The notes: generated from the letters alone by a model not told the origin. 32,000 nt of DNA from Bacteroidota bacterium (GCA_023423405.1 JAFAFR010000099.1:16293-48292), one strand, 5' to 3'. Shown: positions 22,681 through 31,146, counted from the first letter of the stretch. Numbers and translations: made by a program.

Positions 22681-23838
22681 TCAAACATCGAATGCCGTCC
22701 ACTTCAGATCGGATGCATTGCTTTTTACTACATTCTCAATAAAGGCCATGCCCCGGATGCCGTCGTCGATGCCGGGAAAATCGAGCCATTCCTCTGGCAC
22801 TTTTTTCCCATCCAGGCGGGCGCGCAGGGTATGCGCAAAATTCATATAGAGGTTGGCAAAAGCTTCGAGGTAACCTTCCGGATGGCCAGGCGGGGTGCGG
22901 GTTCCGGCCTTTGCGAAAGAGCTGAGGTAGTCGGCCCCTGCACGCAAAACCTGCGCGGGCTGGTCGAGCCATTTCAGCACCAGGCTGTTGGCATCTTCCT
23001 GCCGCCATTCGAGTCCGCCTTTTTCTCCATACACGGTAACGCGTACATTGTTTTCTTCACCGGCAGCTACCTGGCTGGCATACAGCAAACCGGTGACACC
23101 ATTGGTGAATTTCAGCAACACCATGCCATCGTCGTCGAGCTTGCGCTGCGGCACATAAATATTCAACTCTGCGCAGAGATGGGTCACTGTTTCGCCCGTC
23201 AGGTATTCGGCCATATTAAAAGCGTGCGTGCCTATATCGCCCATGCAGCCGGAGATGCCGCTGCGGCCGGGATCGGTGCGCCATTCGGCCTGCTTGTATT
23301 GTGTGCCTTCGCGGTAGGTGCTGAGCCAGCCCTGCGGGTACTGCACATATACTTTGCGGATCTTACCCAAACGCCCATTCGCAATCACCTGCCGCGCTTC
23401 CTTGATCATGGGATAACCCGTATAGGTATGCGTAAGACAAAAAATGGCGCCGGTTTTTTCAATAACGGCTTTCAGGTCCTTCGCTTCTTCGAGCGTGAAG
23501 GTGGCGGGCTTGTCGAGCACCACGTGAAAGCCATTCTCCATGGCCATTTTAGCGGGACCATAGTGCACATGGTTGGGCGTAACAATGGCCACAAAATCCA
23601 TGCGCTTGTCTGCCGGCAGGGTCTTCTCCCTTTCGATCATTTCTTTGTAATCGCCGTACACCCGGTCTTCCGGAAGATAGAGCGCTGCCCCGCTGGCCTT
23701 CGATTTTTCTGCATTGCTGCTGAAGGCGCCGCATACCAGTTCGATCTCTCCATCCATGGCGGCCGCAATGCGATGCACGGCGCCAATGAACGCATCCTTA
23801 CCGCCGCCGATCATGCCCATTCTGAGTTTCCTGCTCAT
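22681..23838 (-). CDS. Gfo/Idh/MocA-family NAD(P)-dependent oxidoreductase, cytoplasmic
   Basis: N-terminal Rossmann motif LRMGMIGGGKDAFIGAVH, the family-typical VLDKPATFTLEEA (EKP-like) and a C-terminal alpha/beta domain. No signal or Tat motif. Confidence 0.9.
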   Translation of the reverse strand: MSRKLRMGMIGGGKDAFIGAVHRIAAAMDGEIELVCGAFSSNAEKSKASGAALYLPEDRVYGDYKEMIEREKTLPADKRMDFVAIVTPNHVHYGPAKMAMENGFHVVLDKPATFTLEEAKDLKAVIEKTGAIFCLTHTYTGYPMIKEARQVIANGRLGKIRKVYVQYPQGWLSTYREGTQYKQAEWRTDPGRSGISGCMGDIGTHAFNMAEYLTGETVTHLCAELNIYVPQRKLDDDGMVLLKFTNGVTGLLYASQVAAGEENNVRVTVYGEKGGLEWRQEDANSLVLKWLDQPAQVLRAGADYLSSFAKAGTRTPPGHPEGYLEAFANLYMNFAHTLRARLDGKKVPEEWLDFPGIDDGIRGMAFIENVVKSNASDLKWTAFDV

Positions 23839-23845
23839 GTAACAT

Positions 23846-24511
23846 TTATTTATTGAAGCTGATGCATTCTTTCAGCTCCTTGTCGGTATAGGCGAGCTTG
23901 TATTGTTTCAGCACATCGTCGGGAACGCCATTCCACTGGTTGGGTTGGTTGCCGGCATAACCAATGTCTTTTACGCCCATTTCAGAAGTATAAAAACCGG
24001 TGCAGGTGAGGTCGCGCATGAGGTTGAAAAAAGCCACGCCCTGCCGCATATTGGGCTTTGCTTTTTCAGGATAGGCGATCTGGTCCACCATATTGATGCG
24101 GTCCGAAGCGCTGCAATCCTTAAAGGCTTTCCCGAACTGCTGCAGGCATTGCAGGTCGAGCCAGCGCAGTCCGCCGCGCATGGGCGTCTGGTGCTCGGGC
24201 ATATCCTTTACAATGAACTCAATGAACTCGGGTACTTTGGCTTCACTGGCGCTGCCGCTTACCTCGTCCTTGGGAATGATGATATCGGCCAGCAGGGTGA
24301 TGGTGGTCATTTCGGCCTCCGAGAAAAACTGTTCGGCGTTGATGCGGTCGAAATGCGCTTTTTCTTCGGGCATGCGGTCGGGACCTTCGGGATGGGGCTG
24401 GGCAGCCGCGGTTTCCGGCGCTTTTTTCTCCGGTTCCTTACAGGCATCGAGCAGCAGGCCGGTAGATAAAGATCCGAGTGCAATGGCCTTGATTGATTTC
24501 CTTCTATCCAT
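23846..24511 (-). CDS. Gluconate 2-dehydrogenase subunit-3-family small subunit (Tat-signal partner of the GMC flavoprotein)
   Basis: N-terminus MDRRKSIKAIALGSLSTGLLLDAC has a twin-Arg motif plus a lipobox Cys. It lies 16 nt downstream of the GMC gene. It is a paralog of 30464-31033, sharing ..IIP.. and FYTSE/YFTSE segments. Confidence 0.8.
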   Translation of the reverse strand: MDRRKSIKAIALGSLSTGLLLDACKEPEKKAPETAAAQPHPEGPDRMPEEKAHFDRINAEQFFSEAEMTTITLLADIIIPKDEVSGSASEAKVPEFIEFIVKDMPEHQTPMRGGLRWLDLQCLQQFGKAFKDCSASDRINMVDQIAYPEKAKPNMRQGVAFFNLMRDLTCTGFYTSEMGVKDIGYAGNQPNQWNGVPDDVLKQYKLAYTDKELKECISFNK

Positions 24512-24527
24512 CGTATGAGCGTTGGGG

Positions 24528-26267
24528 TTAGATGTTCTGTTTTTTGAGCTGGTCGATCAGGTATTCGCTGGCGCGCATGGCGAGCGCCAGGATGGTCCAG
24601 GTAATATTCTTATCGGCCTGTGACACAAAGGCGGCGCCATCCATCACGAATAAGTTCCTGCAATCGTGCGCCTGGTTCCACTTGTTAAGGGCCGATTGTT
24701 TGGGATCGTTGCCCATGCGCGCGGTGCCCGCTTCGTGGATGATCTTGCCGGGTGCGTGCAGCCCGTAATTGTTCTCCGGACCGTCGTCGCCGCCCCAGGT
24801 TACAATGGCGCCCATATTGTGCAGGATCTCCTTAAAGGTTTCCTTCATGTGTTTGGCCTGGTTGATTTCGTGCTGGCTCCATTTCACGTTGAACTTGAGC
24901 ACGGGGATGCCGTATTTGTCCACCGTGGTGGGATCGATGAGCGCCGTGTTTTCGCGGAAGGCAACGGCCTCACCGCGACCCGCCATGCCCACGCCGGCGC
25001 CGAAGAAATAACGCTGGTCTTCTTTCAGCGAAGCGCCGTAGCCGCCGGCTTCTTTTTTCTTTCCGTTCACCAGGAATTTTCCGTTCATGCTCTGGATGCC
25101 CATGCCGAAACCATAAGCGGGCTGGCCCATGCCGCCCCAGTATTCAATATGGTAACCGCGGGGGAAATCGAGCTTTTTGTTATCGAGCCACCAGGGACTG
25201 TATACGTGCATGCCGCCCACACCATCTTCGTTGTAGCGCTTGCGGCCCATGAGCTGGGGCAGGATGCCGCCAATATCGGCGCCGGTGGAATCATGGAGAT
25301 AACGCCCTACCACGTCGCTGCTGTTGGCAAGCCCGTTGGGATGACGCTCCGATTTGGAGTTGAGCAGTATGCGTGAGCTTTCGCAGGCCGATGCGGCCAG
25401 GATCACCACTTTGCCGTTCACCTGGTATTCCTGCAGGTCTTCCTTGTTCACATAGGAAACGCCGGTGGCGAGCCCCTCTTTATTGGTGAGCACTTCGCGC
25501 ACCATGGCGTTGGGGAATACCTGCACGTTGCCGGTTTCGATGGCGGGTTTGATGAGCACGCTCGAAGAAGAGAAATCGGCGTACACCTGGCAGGAGCGGC
25601 CGCACTGCGCACAGAAGAAACAGGAACCTCGCGAGTCGTTGATCTTTTTGGTGAGAATCGACAGGCGCGAAGGTATGACGGTAACGCCCGACTGCGTGGC
25701 GGCGTTTTTGATCATCAGCTCATGCAGGCGTGGCCTTGGCGGCGGAAGAAAAACGCCGTCGGGTTCATTTTCCAGTCCCTCCACGGTTCCGAAAATGCCC
25801 ACCAGCTTATCTACGCGATCGTAATAAGGTTTGATATCGTCGTAGGAGATGGGCCAGTTTTCACCGAGACCATCGATGCTTTTTCTTTTAAAATCCTTGG
25901 GGCCGAAGCGAAGTGAAATACGGCCCCAGTGGTTGGTGCGTCCACCGAGCATACGTGCGCGAAACCAGTCCCACTGCGTACCTGCGGCCTTGGTGTAGGG
26001 CTCGCCGTCAATATCCCAGCCCCAGTAGCAGGCGTCGAAATCGCCGAAGGGCCTGAACCGGGTGGCGGCGCCCCTCCGGGGCGATTCCCAGGGATTTTTG
26101 AGTTGGGTTACATTCTTCTGCGGATCGAAGAGGGGGCCTGCTTCCATCAGGGCTACCTTGATACCGGCATTGGCCAGCGTGTACGCTGCCATACCGCCAC
26201 CTGCTCCCGATCCGACAATGATCACATCATACTGGGTTGGCTGTTTTTTGATCTGGAGATCTCCCAT
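24528..26267 (-). CDS. GMC-family FAD-dependent oxidoreductase, catalytic subunit (paralog 1)
   Basis: FAD motif YDVIIVGSGAGGGMAAYTLA and C-terminal GMC region HEAGTARMGNDPKQSALN..FVMDGAAF. No signal peptide. Internal Cys cluster CFFCAQCGRSC (25590-25622). Confidence 0.9.
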   Translation of the reverse strand: MGDLQIKKQPTQYDVIIVGSGAGGGMAAYTLANAGIKVALMEAGPLFDPQKNVTQLKNPWESPRRGAATRFRPFGDFDACYWGWDIDGEPYTKAAGTQWDWFRARMLGGRTNHWGRISLRFGPKDFKRKSIDGLGENWPISYDDIKPYYDRVDKLVGIFGTVEGLENEPDGVFLPPPRPRLHELMIKNAATQSGVTVIPSRLSILTKKINDSRGSCFFCAQCGRSCQVYADFSSSSVLIKPAIETGNVQVFPNAMVREVLTNKEGLATGVSYVNKEDLQEYQVNGKVVILAASACESSRILLNSKSERHPNGLANSSDVVGRYLHDSTGADIGGILPQLMGRKRYNEDGVGGMHVYSPWWLDNKKLDFPRGYHIEYWGGMGQPAYGFGMGIQSMNGKFLVNGKKKEAGGYGASLKEDQRYFFGAGVGMAGRGEAVAFRENTALIDPTTVDKYGIPVLKFNVKWSQHEINQAKHMKETFKEILHNMGAIVTWGGDDGPENNYGLHAPGKIIHEAGTARMGNDPKQSALNKWNQAHDCRNLFVMDGAAFVSQADKNITWTILALAMRASEYLIDQLKKQNI

Positions 26268-26492
26268 CGTCGGAAAAATATTGGTGTTGTAAGAGGGCTA
26301 AATTAAATGATTAATACTATTCGAAAATTGAAAATCCGCTGCTTAGCAGTATTAAAAAATCTGAACAAAAAGGTAAAAAAGGATTAACCCCTTTGGAAAG
26401 ATTGCATTTTTTTTGACGATCCTTAGCGGAAGTGTAGAAAATACACATGAATCCCATAAATTTATGCCGCTCTGATAGTATAAACCAACGAT

Positions 26493-27791
26493 ATGCAAGC
26501 CAACATCAACCGTAACCAACTCTTTGTAGCAAGCTGCTTAGCTCTTTTGGTAACCTCTCTTTCCTTTGGCATCCGCGCCGGATTGCTTGACACCTGGAAA
26601 CACGAATTCGGGCTCACCCAGGAACAGGTCAGCATCATTACTTCTACCGCTTTCTGGGGATTTCCGCTGGCCATTATCATTGGTGGCATGGTGGTGGATA
26701 TCATTGGCATGAAAAAGCTTCTGATCACCGCTGCCGTTTTTCATACCCTCGGCATTGTGCTGACCATTACGGCAACCGGCTTCTGGTCGCTTTTTATATC
26801 CACCCTGCTGATAGGCCTGGGCAACGGAACGGTGGAAGCGGCCTGTAACCCACTGGTAGCAAGCCTTTACACCGATAAGAAAACCACCAAGCTCAACCAT
26901 TTCCATCTCTGGTTCCCGGGCGGCATCGTGATCGGCACGCTGATCGTGCGTTTCCTGGGCGTACAGATACCTGATACGGCCTACCTGCAGAACTGGAAAT
27001 TCCTGGTAGGGATCATGCTGATTCCCACCCTGCTCTATGGTTATTATTTCGCCAGGCTGTCCTTCCCCGTTACGGAAAGAGTGGCCAGCGGCGTTTCCAC
27101 CCGCGAAATGTATGCTTCCCTGCTGCACCCGCTTTTCCTGCTCATGATCGTACTGATGCTGGGCACCGCCATTACCGAACTCTTTACCGGTCAGTGGATC
27201 GATGTATTGCTGAAAAATGTGACCGACAATGCACTGCTTCTGCTGACCATTGAAACCGGTGTAATGGTGCTGGGCCGCGCTTTTGCGGGACCGGTGGTGG
27301 GCAAATTTTCCCCACAGGGCGTGCTGCTGATGTCGGCCATTGTATCGGCCATTGGCCTGTACATGCTGGGACATTTTACCGGCAATATGCTTTTTGTAGG
27401 CGCGCTTATTTTCGGCATCGGGGTATGTTATTTCTGGCCCACCATGATCGGTTTTGTGGCCGAAAACCTTCCCAAAACAGGAGCGGTAGGCCTCAACCTG
27501 ATGGGCGGCGCCGGCATGTTCGCCGTTTCTCTTTACATGATCTTTATGGGTGGATATTACGATAAGCTCATCGCCGGCAAACTGCCTGCCGGTGCAGATA
27601 TCGGCGCCTACAATGCAGCGCCTGCCGGATCCGATCTGGCCAATGCGCTGGCGGAAGCAAAAAAAGCAGCGGGACCAGAAATCATCAATGCCACGCTTAC
27701 CATTCCCATCATTCTTACCATTGCTTTTGCAGGCCTCTTTATTTATATGCGCGGCAGGGGTAACCAGGTGAGAATGGCTTCTACACATTAA
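26493..27791 (+). CDS. MFS sugar transporter (FucP / glucose-galactose-transporter-like)
   Basis: 432 aa with about 12 hydrophobic helices. It is the first gene of the plus-strand operon and is divergent from GMC paralog 1. The subfamily call is tentative. Confidence 0.8.
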   Translation: MQANINRNQLFVASCLALLVTSLSFGIRAGLLDTWKHEFGLTQEQVSIITSTAFWGFPLAIIIGGMVVDIIGMKKLLITAAVFHTLGIVLTITATGFWSLFISTLLIGLGNGTVEAACNPLVASLYTDKKTTKLNHFHLWFPGGIVIGTLIVRFLGVQIPDTAYLQNWKFLVGIMLIPTLLYGYYFARLSFPVTERVASGVSTREMYASLLHPLFLLMIVLMLGTAITELFTGQWIDVLLKNVTDNALLLLTIETGVMVLGRAFAGPVVGKFSPQGVLLMSAIVSAIGLYMLGHFTGNMLFVGALIFGIGVCYFWPTMIGFVAENLPKTGAVGLNLMGGAGMFAVSLYMIFMGGYYDKLIAGKLPAGADIGAYNAAPAGSDLANALAEAKKAAGPEIINATLTIPIILTIAFAGLFIYMRGRGNQVRMASTH

Positions 27792-27798
27792 TAGCATA

Positions 27799-28722
27799 AT
27801 GAAGAAATATAAAAACAGCAGGCGCTCCGCCGTGAAGCAGATGCTGGTCGCGGGCGCCGGAATGGCCCTGGCGCCGCAACTTGGATTCGGATCGCGCACC
27901 TCCTCCGCACTGGCCGAAGCTGCTCCAAACCCGGCTCCACCTGCCGAAAAGATCAACATGAAAGGAAACATCAAACATTCGGTCTGTCGCTGGACCTATG
28001 GTTTTTTACCACTCGACGAACTCTGCGCCCAGGCAAAATCCATCGGCATCAGCGCCATTGACCTGGTAGGTCCCAAAGAGTGGGATACGCTCAAAAAATA
28101 CGGCCTCGATTCTTCCATGTGCAACGGCGCCGAGATCAACCTGACCGACGGTTTCTGCCATACCCAATACCACAATACGCTCGAAAAGAACTACGCCGAC
28201 ATGATACCGCTGGTGGCGAAGGCGGGTTATAAAAACCTGATCTGTTTCAGCGGGAACCGGAAGGGACTCGATGATGAAACCGGGCTGAAAAATTCGGTAG
28301 CCGGACTGAAACGGGTGATCGGCCTGGCAGAAAAGCACGGCGTGGTGCTGACCATGGAACTGCTGAACAGCCGGGTAGACCATACCGATTACATGTGCGA
28401 CCGTTCCGCCTGGGGCATCGAACTGGTGAAGCGCCTGGGCTCTTCCAATTTCAAGCTGCTGTTCGATATCTATCACATGCAGATCGATGAAGGTGATATC
28501 ATCCGGTCCATCCAGAACAACCACGAATACTTTGGACACTACCATACCGGAGGCAACCCGGGTCGCCATGAGATCGATGAAACGCAGGAATTGTATTATC
28601 CTGCCATCATGAAGGCGATTGTGGCCACCAAATTCAAGGGCTATGTAGCGCAGGAATTCATTCCTTCTGCCCCCGACAAAATCGCTTCCCTGCGGAAGGC
28701 GGTTGAACTGTGTGATGTTTGA
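27799..28722 (+). CDS. Xylose-isomerase-like TIM-barrel protein (hydroxypyruvate-isomerase-like) with Tat signal, periplasmic
   Basis: N-terminus MKKYKNSRRSAVKQMLVAGAGMALAP has a twin-Arg motif plus an h-region. TIM-barrel segments are GISAIDLV, VLTMELLN, FDIYHMQIDEGD and GHYHTGG..GRHE. It starts 7 nt after the MFS gene. Confidence 0.8.
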   Translation: MKKYKNSRRSAVKQMLVAGAGMALAPQLGFGSRTSSALAEAAPNPAPPAEKINMKGNIKHSVCRWTYGFLPLDELCAQAKSIGISAIDLVGPKEWDTLKKYGLDSSMCNGAEINLTDGFCHTQYHNTLEKNYADMIPLVAKAGYKNLICFSGNRKGLDDETGLKNSVAGLKRVIGLAEKHGVVLTMELLNSRVDHTDYMCDRSAWGIELVKRLGSSNFKLLFDIYHMQIDEGDIIRSIQNNHEYFGHYHTGGNPGRHEIDETQELYYPAIMKAIVATKFKGYVAQEFIPSAPDKIASLRKAVELCDV

Positions 28723-28748
28723 TTAACCTGAAAAAGCAATAAACGATT

Positions 28749-30434
28749 ATGGCCGAAAACACTTTTGACGCAATTGTGGTTGGTTCCGGGATCAGCGGCG
28801 GATGGGCTGCCAAGGAACTTACTGAAAAGGGACTCAAAGTGATCATGCTCGAAAGAGGGCGCAACGTGGAACACGTTAAAGATTATGTGAGTGCCAACAA
28901 ACATCCCTGGGACTTCCCGCACCGCGGGGGCCGCACGCAGGAAATGATCAAGGACTACCCAGTGCTGAAAAGAGACTACCCGCTCAATGAAACCAACCTC
29001 GATTTCTGGGTGAATGAAAAGGACTGTCCCTATACCGAAGTGAAACGCTTCGACTGGTTCCGCGGATACCAGGTGGGTGGCCGCTCGCTGACCTGGGGCC
29101 GCCAGAGTTATCGTTGGAGTGATGTAGACTTTGAAGCTAATGCAAAAGACGGCTTCGGTGTCGACTGGCCCATCCGGTACAAGGATATTGCGCCCTGGTA
29201 CAGCCATGCCGAAAAATTTGCCGGCGTGAACGGCAGCAAGGATGGACTGCAGCAATTGCCCGATGGCGATTTTCTGCCCGCCATGGAAATGAACTGCGTG
29301 GAGAAGGATGTGAAAACGCGGATCGAAAAAGCCTATGGCGGTAAGCGCGCCTTCATCATGGGCCGCAGCGCCAACCTCACGGCGCCCATCAACGGCCGTA
29401 CGAATTGCCAGTACCGCAACAAGTGCTGGCTGGGATGTCCCTTCGGTGCGTATTTCAGTACGCAGTCGGCCACCCTGCCCGCAGCCATGGCAACGGGTAA
29501 CCTCACGCTGCGTCCTTTCAGCATCGTTACCAAGATCCTGTACGATAAAGACACGAAAAAAGCGAAAGGAGTGGAGGTGCTGGATGCCGAAACCAATAAG
29601 ACCTATGAGTACTATGCAAAGATCGTTTTCCTGAATGCCTCGGCGCTGAACTCTACCTGGGTGCTCATGAACAGCGTCACCGACATCTGGCCCGACGGCC
29701 TCGGCAGCAGCAGCGGTGAGTTGGGCAACAACCTGATGGACCACCACCTGGGCGTAGGCGCCAGCGGCACCGTGGAAGGATACGACGACAAATACTATTT
29801 TGGCCGCCGTCCCAATGGCATCTATATTCCGCGTTACCAGAACCTGCCCTGGGGTGAAGCCAGGCGCGATTACGTCCGTGGTTTCGGTTACCAGGGCGGC
29901 GCCAGCCGTTCGGGCTGGAGCCGCGAAATTCCGGAACTGAATATTGGCGTGGAACTGAAAGAAGCCCTGAGCGAGCCGGGAGGCTGGTCGATGGGTATGG
30001 GTGGTTTCGGAGAGATACTGCCTTACCACGAAAACAAAGTGACGCTCGATAAAACGCGCAAGGACAAATGGGGATTGCCGGTGCTGGCCATCGACTGTGA
30101 GCTGAAAGAGAACGAGAAAAAGATGCGGGTGGATATGATGAACGATGCGGCTGAAATGCTGGAGCAGGCAGGCGTGAAAAACGTGCACAAGTGGGACGGC
30201 GACGGCACACCCGGCCGCGGCATCCATGAAATGGGCACGGCGCGTATGGGTCGCGATCCCAAAACATCGGTGCTCAACGGCAACAACCAGGTATGGGATG
30301 CGAAGAACGTGTTTGTGACCGACGGGGCCTGCATGACCTCCGCCGCCTGCGTGAACCCTTCGCTCACGTACATGGCGCTTACAGCGCGCGCCGCCAGTTT
30401 TGCGGTGGAAGAACTGAAAAAAGGAAACCTATAA
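28749..30434 (+). CDS. GMC-family FAD-dependent oxidoreductase, catalytic subunit (paralog 2)
   Basis: FAD motif FDAIVVGSGISGGWAAKEL and C-terminal region HEMGTARMGRDPKTSVLN..FVTDGACM. No signal peptide. Cys cluster CQYRNKCWLGCP (29406-29441). Confidence 0.9.
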   Translation: MAENTFDAIVVGSGISGGWAAKELTEKGLKVIMLERGRNVEHVKDYVSANKHPWDFPHRGGRTQEMIKDYPVLKRDYPLNETNLDFWVNEKDCPYTEVKRFDWFRGYQVGGRSLTWGRQSYRWSDVDFEANAKDGFGVDWPIRYKDIAPWYSHAEKFAGVNGSKDGLQQLPDGDFLPAMEMNCVEKDVKTRIEKAYGGKRAFIMGRSANLTAPINGRTNCQYRNKCWLGCPFGAYFSTQSATLPAAMATGNLTLRPFSIVTKILYDKDTKKAKGVEVLDAETNKTYEYYAKIVFLNASALNSTWVLMNSVTDIWPDGLGSSSGELGNNLMDHHLGVGASGTVEGYDDKYYFGRRPNGIYIPRYQNLPWGEARRDYVRGFGYQGGASRSGWSREIPELNIGVELKEALSEPGGWSMGMGGFGEILPYHENKVTLDKTRKDKWGLPVLAIDCELKENEKKMRVDMMNDAAEMLEQAGVKNVHKWDGDGTPGRGIHEMGTARMGRDPKTSVLNGNNQVWDAKNVFVTDGACMTSAACVNPSLTYMALTARAASFAVEELKKGNL

Positions 30435-30463
30435 CCAATACACCTAACCGAAAATATTTTTTC

Positions 30464-31033
30464 ATGAAAAGAAGAGAAGCCCTTTCGGCTGTAGCGGTCA
30501 TCCTGGGAGGAAGCATGGTAGGCTCCAGTCTTTTTCTGACTGGTTGTAAATCAGAACCGAAGCGCACCAGCTTAACGGATTTTACGCCTGATGAGATCGC
30601 CTTCCTGGATGAAGTGGCCGAAACCATTATTCCCGCTACGGATACGCCCGGCGCCAAAGCGGCACAGGTGGGTGCCTTTATGAAAGTGATGGTGACCGAT
30701 TGTTATGAAGAAAAGAACCAGCAGGTATTTGTAGAGGGACTGAAAAAGCTGGAGGAATCCAGCAAGCAGAAATTCAGCAAAGGCTTTATGGACCTGGACG
30801 CCAGCCAGAAAAAGGAATTGCTGACGGATATCGACAAAGAAGCCAGAGAATACCAGAGGAACAAGAAGGACGGGGATCCCAATCACTATTTTAAGATGAT
30901 GAAAGACCTCACGCTGCAGGGCTATTTTACGTCGGAGCCCGGGGCTACCAAAGCCCTGCGTTATGTGGCGGTTCCCGGAAAATACGAAGGCTGCATTCCT
31001 TATAAGAAGGGCGACAAAGCCTGGGCAACCTGA
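30464..31033 (+). CDS. Gluconate 2-dehydrogenase subunit-3-family small subunit (Tat-signal partner, paralog 2)
   Basis: The ORF track starts at 30293, inside the GMC gene. ATG 30464 gives MKRREALSAVAVILGGSMVGSSLFLTGC, with a twin-Arg motif plus a lipobox Cys, matching the N-terminus of paralog 23846-24511. Confidence 0.8.
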   Translation: MKRREALSAVAVILGGSMVGSSLFLTGCKSEPKRTSLTDFTPDEIAFLDEVAETIIPATDTPGAKAAQVGAFMKVMVTDCYEEKNQQVFVEGLKKLEESSKQKFSKGFMDLDASQKKELLTDIDKEAREYQRNKKDGDPNHYFKMMKDLTLQGYFTSEPGATKALRYVAVPGKYEGCIPYKKGDKAWAT

Positions 31034-31064
31034 GAAGGGGAGATAACAAATTGTAATAATGGAA

Positions 31065-31088
31065 AAGAGCTGCGAGGCTCTTTTTTTT
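31065..31088 (+). terminator. Rho-independent terminator after the plus-strand GMC operon
   Basis: Stem AAGAGC (31065-31070) / GCTCTT (31077-31082) with a 6-nt loop, running into T8 (31081-31088). It lies 32 nt after stop 31033. Confidence 0.55.
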
Positions 31089-31101
31089 GTGGGCTGTAAA
31101 T

Positions 31102-31129
31102 AAAAAACCCATCCGCGGGGATGGGTTTT
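31102..31129 (-). terminator. Rho-independent terminator of the H1-like gene (hairpin could act bidirectionally)
   Basis: Perfect 9-11 bp stem AACCCATCC (31106-31114) / GGATGGGTT (31119-31127) with loop GCGG. On the minus strand it is followed by TTTTTT (plus-strand A-run 31102-31107). It lies about 18 nt downstream of stop 31147. Confidence 0.7.
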
Positions 31130-31146
31130 CAAACAAATAGTTTGTA

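Noticed and set aside
28641-30227. 528-aa minus-strand ORF antisense to GMC paralog 2. Similar long antisense ORFs occur at 26538-27974, 22675-23856, 10790-12100, 6505-7614, 12997-14091, 15468-16385, 7674-8585, 17267-18151 and 10028-10747.
   Set aside because: These are shadow ORFs typical of GC-rich coding DNA. Their translations are low-complexity (Arg/Gly/Ala/His-rich) with no recognisable motifs. In every case the opposite strand encodes a protein with clear family signatures and operon-consistent spacing.
30293-30463. N-terminal extension of the small-subunit ORF, overlapping the 3' end of GMC paralog 2 by 142 nt.
   Set aside because: The internal ATG at 30464 yields a Tat/lipobox N-terminus homologous to the paralog at 23846-24511. 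The extension is Arg/Gly-rich and lies inside another gene.
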